DNA of 63,905 nt, filler included, from Myxococcota bacterium (GTDB taxonomy: Bacteria > Myxococcota_C > UBA6777), in assembly GCA_023150835.1 (NCBI GenBank). It is 4 parts of 4 records of this genome, joined end to end, with 100 filler letters (N's around TTAATTAATTAA, not from the genome) between each part and the next. Parts side by side here need not be neighbours in the genome. Positions count along the whole stretch, not along the records: positions 35,751 to 53,269 come from JAKLKB010000140.1; positions 53,370 to 63,905 come from JAKLKB010000176.1; 2 more parts are not named here. One strand, written 5' to 3'. A program made the position numbers and the translations under genes. The notes beneath the pieces are model-generated. The model made no database searches, was not told where the DNA came from, and saw only the letters and a list, made by a program, of their open reading frames with translations. Positions 52,401 to 60,724 of this stretch are shown here, in pieces. Position 1 is the stretch's first letter. Every line of letters starts with the position of its first letter.

Positions 52401-52977
52401 GGATCTCGACCCCGTGTTTGCGGTCGGCGGATATCCGTGTGGGGGTGCTTTGCAATAAGCCATAACCCAGAAACAACGGGCTTTTGCTCGCCCAAAGATT
52501 CGTGTCTGTATTGAAGTTCACCGCGATCGGTTGCGCGATGTTGACAGCTTGCTTGAGGATGCCAAAGCCGATATCCCCGCCATTCGAGAGGTTGGTATTC
52601 CAGATCGGGTGGTTCTTAAACAAGGCCATATCGAACGCAAAGTAGTTGGCTTGGAAACCCGAAGAAGCGTTCGCATCAGGAAGATCGATGCGGAACTCGA
52701 CCGACGCCCCTTTGTATTCAAGTGCTGCATCCACACAGTGCGCCGCCGTCAACACCACGCGCTTGGCGATCAACGTCCCTGTGCAAAATGACGAACGATT
52801 CGAGGTCAACGCCCCTACCGCAGGATAACGCAGATCCGGTTGCCCCCCGATAATCGGCTGTGTTGTGTGCCCAATCTTGTCTAACAACGGCGTATCGGTC
52901 GGTAAACAAGCGCCCCACACCATCCATCCCAAACCCATCCACATCACAAACCATCTTCGATCACGACGCTTCCACAA
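46456..52977 (-). CDS. 2173-aa protein: trypsin-like protease, Cys-rich repeats, internal MYXO-CTERM-like motif, large WD40 region
   Basis: LTAAHC, DIG, GDSGGP triad; GCGC..TM..RKR; more than 20 WD40-like repeats. Confidence 0.88.
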   Translation of the reverse strand: MWKRRDRRWFVMWMGLGWMVWGACLPTDTPLLDKIGHTTQPIIGGQPDLRYPAVGALTSNRSSFCTGTLIAKRVVLTAAHCVDAALEYKGASVEFRIDLPDANASSGFQANYFAFDMALFKNHPIWNTNLSNGGDIGFGILKQAVNIAQPIAVNFNTDTNLWASKSPLFLGYGLLQSTPTRISADRKHGVEIPIVQVLTDRFTHQATGKSVCHGDSGGPALVLLDGKVRVIGVNSYVSAPSVQGANPPRSSCTGSGTSMRTDTYTSFIQSILSSYGDGPEPCTQDADCGVCRRCANTKFCEGVPISQATGICGACKSDKDCVGGGCFRFQDGYRCLLACDAADCCPDGHYCATLQTQSGVAKLCKPFEGSCPALTCNSTATCGAGEFCENGTCQPQPVARSADLCKPCQSQADCQASGGYCLGIEGHRFCSQPCGAGDFCPAGYACQEPYAGLPRQCLPEDGACQIPCLFDSHCPKSHSCTGGVCAEPQGGGFAASCDPVPCQDPLVCKRTLSGKRCLPACGAPAGKAGSTCRDGTSCDAPMSCYTLASSQNLCLHPCNSDTDCGKVGGGFCYQNVCACRQTAECGQGFSCNTSSGVVGACVATTTVQACASPYTCESFQGESYCVSATPGQRALGQSCDPLNRCKQDLACIRTNDGSFCVEDCSQTKTCRFGGYCSKPNTQIDICYCAEDKDCGADRVCRRIFRPFGICEGNRTSNPCRNDGECPPTYACREGRCLSGIELEQWQEEPAQPDASPEAVEREDEPKPEATAEIVSEPTPEPTAETVAEPKPEATAEIAFDAPPKTGCGCSAVSENTTPSAGWGLMAIWLLIFLQRKRTIAWFCGRRIRPLLWVVGLCGLSLLPLFGCPESSVSCRQDSDCAQGQICQTTRCQTPSQETSAETTAEPVTEKPLDASPEPTAEIGPEEPSEATAEQALDASPESTAEIGTEPTTEISTESQPEPPPEEITHLPPGQRPNACAHTNAPTCCLPSVLQRRWEAYTENNSRFGILRAAISPDGKYLASIDDESQIVRVLDLATERLKYTFVEATSALQHLAWSPDSQSLAAVGSDRLVHLWKISDGSYLGGLSKHTSTVYAVAFSPDGQWIASAGADRIIRLWKVSDRTFALEFNGHTNTVWALAFSLDSKTLYSGSADQEIRYWDVATGQSTQQYKHHSGAVRGIARSPDGKTLASVSLSPDRTIKLIDIATGTVSRSWQGHGNNSIYDVAFHPDGTRMATVGTDRFVRVWATQSGQMLYEYQSSQSPYSVGWLPDGNRLAIASSDQHIEILNDANGQRLRSLHTHFDRVTSVAISPDGAQVAVANARFNEIQIWTWQQPAVVRTLQGHTRGVRALAISADGRFLASASTDQSVRLWNLQDGTYLRTFGAHRMVASSVVLSKDGATAYTAAWDGLIHVWKTSDGMLLRTLQGHTREITSLALSEDNSLLLSASVDQTARLWKLADGTLQQTIQTNTPLYAATLHPDQSVLATGGWNGQIQIWKTNDASLQRTIDAHTSNVRALRFDAQGQTLTSASYDRTVRIWRTTDGALLQILRPRNQHVSSLAFLPQHNALVTAGADGNADVWDFQPLPTPTTLDLQSGPLLAIALSNDQRLLATATADNKVRLWTNPQRTLLHTLTDATEPLNAIALSPDQRFLAAASASQVFLWQTSDGRLLRTFLGQRDQVSSLSFRPDSNVLAVASWDGSIRLWDWRTGLNLRTLLTDNSRALSVAWTLDGNRLAAGLFNQKILLWDTASGKRLRALEGHTGGITHLLFSRDGSRLFSASYDTTIRLWNPETGELRTTLQGHTQAVQQIALSHDAMRLASASHDGSLRLWDLSNNTTLQNLPIGTSALYSVSFNQDATQLFAGGLDGILRVWDFARDPRRQILERYPLSVRTLAFSNDGLYLASGSALRTGRIDRRSDWRWLHTISSHSTDLRAVAISPDSKLLATVGSDKRVRVASLSDNQQRFSDNLQHTAPIHAATFSPDNAQLATAADDKSILLWSMSTNQVSNKLLEHTAAITDLAYHPKGDWLASASLDLTVRLWNLQTAAPLRTLQGHTQGILALSVHPQTAHLASASLDGEIRLWDAQTATTLQTLQTTGVPTRLRFSSHGHWLAIAYNDGRIDLRETKNYTLAHSLRLQRLPTQGLAWSPDDRTLAIGDQTAWITLFSCEQ

Positions 52978-53227
52978 GACACACTCTCCTATCCGCTCCG
53001 ATACTCGGCTTCTTTGCAGCCGTTCCTTTCACTTCCATCCAACCGCGCATCTTCGCATGAAAGAAAACAACTGGGAATAAGGCACGACGAACTTGGAGGA
53101 ATTTGTCAACAGCATCGTTCGTCACGGGGATAAGTAAGTATCACTAAGTTTCTTCAACTTTCGCGCCCGAAGAACGGGTTCGTTCAAAAAAGATGGCGAT
53201 GAAGAGGTCACCGACGCAACAGATCGA

Positions 53228-53253
53228 GGGCAGGCACGGGGGCCTGCCCCTAC
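53228..53253 (-). repeat. GTAG-type REP palindrome near the contig end
   Basis: GGGCAGGCACGGGGGCCTGCCCCTAC. Confidence 0.7.
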
Positions 53254-53269
53254 GAAACACCGTGTGATT

Positions 53270-53369
53270 NNNNNNNNNNNNNNNNNNNNNNNNNNNNNNN
53301 NNNNNNNNNNNNNTTAATTAATTAANNNNNNNNNNNNNNNNNNNNNNNNNNNNNNNNNNNNNNNNNNNN
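53270..53369. other. Artificial contig linker
   Basis: N run, TTAATTAATTAA, N run. Confidence 0.99.
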
Positions 53370-53782
53370 TTTGGAAAATTAGAAAGGCGGAAAGCTTGTT
53401 CGGAATGTTCGATGTTTTGGTAAGCAAGTGAAGATCGGAAAATTAGAAAAAGGAAAAGTCTGTTCGGTATGTTCTCTGGGAGTGGAGTAAGGAGACCGCC
53501 AAGAACCCCCCAGCGATGTGCGGCGCCAACAATTGATTAAGTAGAGAAAAAACTGTCGGTTGTTATGCTTGTGAAAGCATGAAGTATTGATGAAAAAACG
53601 CAAGCAAAACGGTACAATCGACGACGGTTTGCTCTATTCCGATGCTTTATGAAGAAGAGGTGCGTCGGGCTTTTATTTCTGTTCTTCATACGTTCAGTTC
53701 GGGTTCTAAAGGATTTCGGGCAAGAAGGCGTCCAGAAAAGCGGACACATTTGGACGCGTGCGCAGACTGAAGCGAGCCGCAG

Positions 53783-53931
53783 CCAAAAAACCCGTGTTCG
53801 TGTGGCATCAAGCGAGAGAGTTGTTGGTGTGTAAAGCGATGCTCTGTTCGCCGAAACGGGGTCAAGGGGCGACAGTCTATGGCGGGGCGTGGGGCAGCGC
53901 CCCACATAAACCATTCAACTGCGCAAGTCCT
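53783..53931. mobile_element. Family B element
   Basis: Core plus right TIR CAACTGCGCAAGTCCT. Confidence 0.85.
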
Positions 53932-53994
53932 GTCCTGTTCGGAAAAGCATTGCGAATAGAAAAGTGTCGCGAACCCCCCCCAAGGTGCAGGGCA

Positions 53995-56676
53995 TCAGGG
54001 TTTGAGAACGGATTCGCTTTCTTTGGCGGCGTCGACTTCGGATTGGGAGAAGGGCAAGAGGCGCGTCTTGCCGTTGCGCCAATCTTCGAGCAGATCGCCA
54101 AAGTGTTTGTTGTCGGGGACGCCGCTTTGGCCACCAAACAGGGCGACTTGGGCGGTGGGGCGGCCATCGTCTGTAAATTGAACGATGTTGCGCATCACAG
54201 CGGCGTGATAGCTATAAAAGCGCTCATCGAGCGCGTTGCCCTTGCTACCGACAAAATCGAAGTGAGAGACTTCGACGGTGCCGATGCTTCCGTGTCGGCC
54301 TTTTTCGGGCAAAAGCAGCTTTTCGCCGAAGTCGTTTCGGACGCGGATCACATGGATATCCCCCCATTCTACGGCGGTGAATTTTTTGTCGGGGAAGGTT
54401 TTTTTGAGGTGTTCGATGGCGTCTTTGAGAGCGAGCAAGACGATCTCATCGCCTGTTTCGACAACCTCTTTGGTTTTCTTATCATCGGCGAGATCGCTGC
54501 CTTTGGCAGTCTTTGCGCCTTCGAGGAATGTCAGCATCGGTCGGACAATCGAGTCGGGGTGGGCTTTGACCATCGTATCGTAGATCTCGGAGGGCATATC
54601 ATCACGCAGCCAGCGGCGTCCTGCAAAGGCCATCCACACATGAAACAACGGCGCTCCCGTATTTTTGAGATCGGAGAAACGGTCCCATTTTTTGAGATGG
54701 TCGATGGCTTCGATGATCTCGGGATCTTTGGACAGAGGGATCAGGCGCGGTTGATTGGAGTCCGTAGCAGCCTTGGCGGCTTCCCACGCGGCATCAAGGC
54801 GCTTGAGCAAGCGATCGGCGATATGGGAATAAGTGTCGAATTGGAGCTTTTGAGTCTCTGCGACGTCCCACTTTTTGCCTGCATCGATATGCTGTTTCAT
54901 GCGTTCGAGGATGCGTTTGGCGCGAAAGCCCGAATCGTAGATAAAGCTTAGATAATAGGGATCATTGAGGGGATCACCGTCAGAAGTTGTGCCGACGGGG
55001 TCGTTGTTTGCGGTGATGATGTAGCCTTCGGCGGGATTAAAGAGTTGAGGCATCAAGGCGGCTTCGACATACTTTCCCGTAAAGTCGTAGCCTTTTCCGG
55101 GCATCACCATCCAAGGGGGAGATTGGGGATCGAGCTTTTGACGGATCGGCTGGGCGGCATTGGCTGAATAGCCGATATCGCCGTTGGCCGTGATGCAGAC
55201 GAGGTTTTGTGCGCCGACTTCGTAGTTCGCCATCGCGGCTTTGAATCCCTCGATATCTTGGGCGGTACTCAACATGTAAAAGGCTTTGGACTCTTTGGTG
55301 ACGCCCATCCCCGCCCAATGGATACGCAGGCGGTTTGCGCCAAAAAGCTCTACGGTGGGGAGGGGTGGAAAGGCTTTGAACAGCGAGCCTTTTTCGGTGA
55401 ATTCGATCTCAAGTTCTTCTTCATCCACACCGCTGCGATCGTCTTTTCGGATACGGAGCTTTTCTTTTCGGACGCTGACGGTCAACCCTTCACCATCGAG
55501 GGTCAACGTGTCGCCTTGTTTTTTGACATTGTTGGCGTAAAGGTCCGTCACATCGGCTCTTGCAGTCGTGGCTCCCCATGCGACTTTGTTGTTGTGTCCA
55601 AGCAAAACATACGGGATACCGGGGAATGTAAAGCCAGCGGCTTGGTAGCCATCGTCGGCGTGGTAGTGGATCAGATAGAGTATCGGGGGGTTGGAGAGCG
55701 TGAGGTGCGGATCGTTCGCAAGGATGGGCTTTCCGTTGGCGGTGTGCTTGCCTGCGATCACCCAGTTGTTGGAACCACCGCGATAAGGCATCAGGTCCAT
55801 TTGTTGGCGCATCCCTTCGAGCATTTGGAGAAGCTGCTCGCGGGGGGCGTGGGGTTTGAGATGGGAGAGAGTAGGCGAGCGGAGGCTCGGGAGGTTGGGC
55901 TTTCCGTCGACGATCAGCGGTTGGGTGGTCTTGCCGGGAAAGCCTTTGAGGATGGTGGTTTTGTCGGGAGGTTCGAGGCGCAGCACATCGTTGAATTTGA
56001 CGTCTCCGTCCATCAATAGGCCCGCAAACGTAAAGATCAGCTCGTACAGGCTGGTATCGGACAGCCCGAAACTTTGCATCTTCCCGATGGCAAAAGTATC
56101 GACAGGCGTCCATTCTTCGGGTTCATAGTTAAGTTCGTTCGAGCCAAAGCCATAAGGCAAGCGAAGTCCGTCTTTTCCAGCTTTGGCGTCCCGAATGAAG
56201 GCGTTGATGCCCATCGAAAAAGCGAGGGCTGTTTTGTAAAGTTCGGGTTCACTTTGCTTGAAGTACTCGGTCGATTTTTCCGCCCAATAGCGCAGACCAT
56301 ACGTGCGGATCAAGATATCTTGGCTTTTGTAATCAAACGGATCGGTGTTTGGGGTGCGTTTGAACTTGGCCCCAAAGACTTCGGAGAGGCGGCCTGAAGC
56401 GCGCCGTCGCAAAAGATCCATTTGAAACAAGCGGTCGCGAGCCATCTCATAGCCACCTGCGTAAAAGGCGTCGAATCGGTCTTTTGCGTAGAGATGTGGG
56501 ATGCCGTTGGTGTCACGAATCACTTTTACTTGAGCAGAAAGCCCCTTGTATTCGGCATTTGGAGAAGAAGGGGGCTGACAGCTTGGCAGACTGAGAAAAG
56601 CAAAGACCAAGCCCAGAAGAAACATGGCGCTGAGACCGCCAAACGGTCGAAACCATCGTCTGTGATACAAAAACAT
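53995..56676 (-). CDS. Penicillin acylase / AHL acylase family Ntn hydrolase, probable lipoprotein
   Basis: RDTNGIPH, DRLFQMD, GSNNW (catalytic Ser), ANDPHL, TANN; lipobox-like LPSC; start 56676 or 56625. Confidence 0.93.
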   Translation of the reverse strand: MFLYHRRWFRPFGGLSAMFLLGLVFAFLSLPSCQPPSSPNAEYKGLSAQVKVIRDTNGIPHLYAKDRFDAFYAGGYEMARDRLFQMDLLRRRASGRLSEVFGAKFKRTPNTDPFDYKSQDILIRTYGLRYWAEKSTEYFKQSEPELYKTALAFSMGINAFIRDAKAGKDGLRLPYGFGSNELNYEPEEWTPVDTFAIGKMQSFGLSDTSLYELIFTFAGLLMDGDVKFNDVLRLEPPDKTTILKGFPGKTTQPLIVDGKPNLPSLRSPTLSHLKPHAPREQLLQMLEGMRQQMDLMPYRGGSNNWVIAGKHTANGKPILANDPHLTLSNPPILYLIHYHADDGYQAAGFTFPGIPYVLLGHNNKVAWGATTARADVTDLYANNVKKQGDTLTLDGEGLTVSVRKEKLRIRKDDRSGVDEEELEIEFTEKGSLFKAFPPLPTVELFGANRLRIHWAGMGVTKESKAFYMLSTAQDIEGFKAAMANYEVGAQNLVCITANGDIGYSANAAQPIRQKLDPQSPPWMVMPGKGYDFTGKYVEAALMPQLFNPAEGYIITANNDPVGTTSDGDPLNDPYYLSFIYDSGFRAKRILERMKQHIDAGKKWDVAETQKLQFDTYSHIADRLLKRLDAAWEAAKAATDSNQPRLIPLSKDPEIIEAIDHLKKWDRFSDLKNTGAPLFHVWMAFAGRRWLRDDMPSEIYDTMVKAHPDSIVRPMLTFLEGAKTAKGSDLADDKKTKEVVETGDEIVLLALKDAIEHLKKTFPDKKFTAVEWGDIHVIRVRNDFGEKLLLPEKGRHGSIGTVEVSHFDFVGSKGNALDERFYSYHAAVMRNIVQFTDDGRPTAQVALFGGQSGVPDNKHFGDLLEDWRNGKTRLLPFSQSEVDAAKESESVLKP

Positions 56677-56761
56677 TGCGAGACTCCCAAAAACAAGAAA
56701 GATTCCCACCGACAGATCCCAAAGAGGCGTTAAACCTCGACAAGCCACGACGTAGACAAGA

Positions 56762-56890
56762 GAAAGCCGTGTTCGCGCCACTCCAAGCGAGAGCATCGTT
56801 GGTTTGGAAAGCAGTGATCTTTTCGCCAAACGCGGGGTCAAGGGGCGAGAGTCTATGGCGGGGCGTGGTACCTCGCCCCACAAAACCATC
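56762..56890. mobile_element. Family B element
   Basis: GCCGTGTTCGCGCCACTCCAAGCGA..CGGGGTCAAGGGGCG. Confidence 0.85.
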
Positions 56891-57152
56891 GAACTGCAGG
56901 CTCCCATCCAAAGAAAAAACGCTCGGTCATCCTAAAGAAATACGTCTGTTCTGTCAAAGGCTGCTTTGGTTTGTTGTGTTCTCAAGCGAAATTGGGTAGT
57001 GTGCGGGAAGCGAAAAAGAACGCAGCTTTTTGCAGAGACGAAGAACACGGATTGCAAAGAGGCGGCGTGCAGGAAAAAGACGGATAGTTCGGCCTGATGC
57101 AAGAAGGAGATGGCGTCTCTGCGAAGTGTTTGGCGTGGGATGCTGAGATTCG

Positions 57153-59162
57153 ATGTCTGAAAATACAGTATTTTCGAGCAAATCACTGATCGGTCAGGTA
57201 CTACAAGGCAACTATTTAATCGAAAAGGCCGTAGGCAAGGGCGGTATGGCATGGGTGTATCGTGCGCGCCATACAAAGCTTCAAGAGACGATGGCGGTCA
57301 AAGTGTTGTTGCCTCACATCGCCGAAGAAGCGGGGGTACGCAAGCGCTTTTTGGACGAAGCGCGGATCCAGTTTCGCTTGAAGCACGCGAATATCGTCCA
57401 AGTGACCGACGTGATCGAAGAAAGAGAGATCATCGGCATCGTGATGGAGTGGATCGAAGGGGAAGACCTGAAAGAACTGCTCAAGCGCATCCGTTCACCG
57501 ATGCCGATCAAAGATATCTGGCGACTGATGGCCCCTGTGCTGGACGCGATGGCGTATGCCCATTCACGGGGCTTGATCCATCGGGACTTGAAGCCGGCCA
57601 ACATTATGCTCCACACGCCGGGAGATGATATCGTGATCCCCAAAGTGACGGACTTTGGGATCGCCAAGCTGATCGACGAAGCCGAGGAAAGCCACACCCG
57701 AACAGGCGTTGCGATGGGAACCATCAAGTATATGGCCCCCGAGCAGATCCTCGACAGCAAACACGTCGACGCACGCGCCGATATCTACAGCCTTGGCGTG
57801 ATCTTGTACTTTATGGCCACCGCAAAGCTGCCTTTCAAAGGGGACAGCCAACTGGTGATCTACCAACAATTGAACGAACCTGCCCCTCCCCCAAGCAGCC
57901 ATTACGAAGGGATCTCGCCCGCCTTTGAAAAAGTCTTGCTGCGTTGTTTGGAGCGCGATCGAGAAAAGCGTTACCAATCTTGTGCGGAGTTATCGCACGC
58001 GCTGTCTTTGGCCCTGCTCGAAAGCAGCGGAGTGCGCGAAGGTTCGACGGGGACACTGAGTTCTTCTGAGATCCAAGAGATTATGCGCTCGCTGAACACA
58101 GATTCCGACAGCAGCGCATCCTTTTCAGGTTCAGGAGTTTCGTTGTCGAATCTTTCGGGAGAAAGCTCGTTTATGTTGCGAGCGCGCCCAACGGGGATCG
58201 AAGTCGGCCAAGCCCCCCCGCCCGAAAGCTTAGAGGCCGAATTAGACCTCCCGCAAGAGCCACCTGCTCCGAGCAAAGGCAAGCGCGATCACACCTTTGC
58301 CTCTAGCGCGAATGTCCGCGCCCAAAAGCCCACGCCACCGACATCACGCCCATCCGCTCCGATCGACCTCGGAACTCCCGACGAAGCCACTGTGTTGGCG
58401 GATGATTTGACATCGATCCGTCAGCCCGGAAACAAGGGGCTTTGGATGGTGATCGCGATCCTTTTGTTTGGAGGTTTGGGCGTAGGGTTGTGGTTTTATA
58501 CGGGAACCTCGACGCCTTCGATCTCCAAACCCACCCCTGATCGGAGGGGAACCGAACCGACCAACCGCCCAAATCCCCTACCAGCGGCTACTTCGGGGCC
58601 TTGCAAAGATGGAGATCGCCAACCTTGCTACGATGGGCCTGCGGGAACCCAAGAACGCGCTCCTTGTCAGGGTGGATTGCAGATCTGCAAAGATGGAAAA
58701 TATGGCCGATGTATGGGGCAGATCTTGCCAAGCAAAGAGCTTTGCAACGACAAAGACGATGATTGCGATGGAAAAGTAGACGAAGACTTTGAGAAAAAAG
58801 GGCAAGCCTGCGCCGTCCGAGACGGAGATTGCGCGATATCAGGTGTGTATGCTTGTTCGGCAGACGGTCAAAAACTGATCTGTACAACCAAAGAAGGCGG
58901 CCAGACCGAAGGTGTGTATCGTGTGCGCCTCAAGATCTCACCCCCAAGCGCCCAAGTGGGACTGCGCTATGGCGGAAACAAGCGCAGCGCCAAAGGACGC
59001 TATTGTGTCGAGGTGAAGGAGCGTATGCGCTTAAACATCGATGCAAGCGGCTATTACGCTTGCGCGTTCACCTTGCCCACACAAAACACCACCATCCAAA
59101 TCCGTCTCAATCGCCGCAACCCGATGGATCTCGACCCATCGTTGGGCTACTGCAAACGCTAA
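57153..59162 (+). CDS. Transmembrane Ser/Thr kinase with an extracellular Cys-rich domain
   Basis: GKGGMAWV, HRDLKPAN, DFG, YMAPEQ; TM helix; ELCNDKDDDCDGKVDE motif. Confidence 0.93.
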   Translation: MSENTVFSSKSLIGQVLQGNYLIEKAVGKGGMAWVYRARHTKLQETMAVKVLLPHIAEEAGVRKRFLDEARIQFRLKHANIVQVTDVIEEREIIGIVMEWIEGEDLKELLKRIRSPMPIKDIWRLMAPVLDAMAYAHSRGLIHRDLKPANIMLHTPGDDIVIPKVTDFGIAKLIDEAEESHTRTGVAMGTIKYMAPEQILDSKHVDARADIYSLGVILYFMATAKLPFKGDSQLVIYQQLNEPAPPPSSHYEGISPAFEKVLLRCLERDREKRYQSCAELSHALSLALLESSGVREGSTGTLSSSEIQEIMRSLNTDSDSSASFSGSGVSLSNLSGESSFMLRARPTGIEVGQAPPPESLEAELDLPQEPPAPSKGKRDHTFASSANVRAQKPTPPTSRPSAPIDLGTPDEATVLADDLTSIRQPGNKGLWMVIAILLFGGLGVGLWFYTGTSTPSISKPTPDRRGTEPTNRPNPLPAATSGPCKDGDRQPCYDGPAGTQERAPCQGGLQICKDGKYGRCMGQILPSKELCNDKDDDCDGKVDEDFEKKGQACAVRDGDCAISGVYACSADGQKLICTTKEGGQTEGVYRVRLKISPPSAQVGLRYGGNKRSAKGRYCVEVKERMRLNIDASGYYACAFTLPTQNTTIQIRLNRRNPMDLDPSLGYCKR

Positions 59163-59200
59163 CACTCACCGAAAGACGGTGCGTGTCGAGCCTTTTCGCA

Positions 59201-59290
59201 CAGATCGTTGTGCTTTGGGTGGCGGTGTTGCGGATCGTTGTGCTTTGGGTGGCGGTGTTGCGGATCGTTGTGCTTTGGGTGACGGTGTTT
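59201..59290. repeat. 30-bp tandem repeat x3
   Basis: C(A/G)GATCGTTGTGCTTTGGGTG(G/A)CGGTGTT(G/T). Confidence 0.9.
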
Positions 59291-59312
59291 GTGGAAAGAA
59301 AAGCATCCTACC

Positions 59313-60692
59313 ATGAGGAGAAAAGCGGTGAAGCGTGTTGTTGTTGGGTTGTGTGCGTTAGTCGTGTGGGGATGGGCTTTCGATGCGTCCGCAGATCCGG
59401 CCTGTTATGCGCTGTTTCGCTCGCAGCGTTTTCAAGAAGCGGCGGACTGTTTCCAAAAAGCGGCCAACGAGATGGGTGCGGGTTCTTCGTTGAGCCAAGA
59501 AAAACGCGTTGAGAAGGGGCGGCTGTTGCGCAACGCGGCATTGAGTTTAGGTCGAGCGGCAGGAAACGCAAAGCCCGAAGAGCGGGCATGGATGCGTGAA
59601 CGTGCAGTCGGCCTGTTGCGGTTGTACGATCGAGAGGGTCTGCACGAAAGCGCCGCTGTCAAGGCTGCAACCGCACGCCTTCGCCAGACATTCGCTGGAC
59701 AGGTCGGATATGCCGCCGTCAGCATCGTGACGAATCATCCGAAAGCAACAGCCAGCCTCAAAGGCTACCGCTACCAAGAAAGCCGCGTCGGCATGGTCTG
59801 GAACCTGAATCTGCGGCCCGGTCGCTACAGTTTAGAAGTCGATTATCCCGGTGGGATCAAGCGCGAAGAGGCATTCGAGGTGGGTGCTTTTGCGCGAAAG
59901 ACTTTGGTCTTGAATCCCCCAAGCAGCGCAACTCAAGTGACGATCGTCACCAACGCCGAAGATGCGCTGATCCAGATCGAGGGTGGCAAGCTGCAAAGCC
60001 CCGCGATATCACGTGGAGCCTTGTGGACGAAAAAACTTGAACCCGGCAGCTACACCATCAAAGTGACCTATCGCAGCCAACAGCCTACAGAGAAGGGTTT
60101 TTCCATCGAAGCAGGACAATCCTTGGCCTTTGTCTTCAATCCACCCGGCCCTCCCGCACTCCAGATCTTGACCAAACCCGACGGCGTATCGGTGTTTGTG
60201 GATGGACAATATCGAGGCAAAACCGATCTGCGGATCGATGTCAAAGAAGGCACACGCGAGATCATCTTGCGGCGCACCTGCTACCTGCCCGAAAAGCGCA
60301 CCATCACTGCCGAAGCCAATAAAGAAAAACGCCTCGCTCTCGATATGAAGCGCGATCCCGCCTACATCCGATGGCAAGACAGCCAAAAAGGATTGCGCGG
60401 ACGGCAGATATTCGGGTGGTCGATGTTGGCAGGTGGCTTGTTGATCGGCGGTGTCGCAGGAGCGATGCACGGTGTCGCAAGCGCCAAACACGCCGAAGCC
60501 CAAGACGTGCGACAAACGAACTTCACGGCTTATCAGGGATTTGCACGTGAAGGAAACACATTTCGCACGGTGGGGCATGTGGGCGTCGGAGTCGGAGGAG
60601 CCGCCTTGATCGCAGGAGTGGTGGGCCTTGTCATGGCACAATCCACCCCACTGTCCGAAGTTCCTTGCGAAGTCCGCCTCAAAGACGAATAA
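59313..60692 (+). CDS. PEGA-domain protein with an N-terminal TPR-like region and C-terminal Gly-rich TM hairpin
   Basis: Signal peptide; TKPDGVSVFVDGQYRGKT; two C-terminal hydrophobic helices. Confidence 0.85.
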   Translation: MRRKAVKRVVVGLCALVVWGWAFDASADPACYALFRSQRFQEAADCFQKAANEMGAGSSLSQEKRVEKGRLLRNAALSLGRAAGNAKPEERAWMRERAVGLLRLYDREGLHESAAVKAATARLRQTFAGQVGYAAVSIVTNHPKATASLKGYRYQESRVGMVWNLNLRPGRYSLEVDYPGGIKREEAFEVGAFARKTLVLNPPSSATQVTIVTNAEDALIQIEGGKLQSPAISRGALWTKKLEPGSYTIKVTYRSQQPTEKGFSIEAGQSLAFVFNPPGPPALQILTKPDGVSVFVDGQYRGKTDLRIDVKEGTREIILRRTCYLPEKRTITAEANKEKRLALDMKRDPAYIRWQDSQKGLRGRQIFGWSMLAGGLLIGGVAGAMHGVASAKHAEAQDVRQTNFTAYQGFAREGNTFRTVGHVGVGVGGAALIAGVVGLVMAQSTPLSEVPCEVRLKDE

Positions 60693-60724
60693 GCGTCGCA
60701 TCTGTCTGCCTTGGAGTAGAAACC

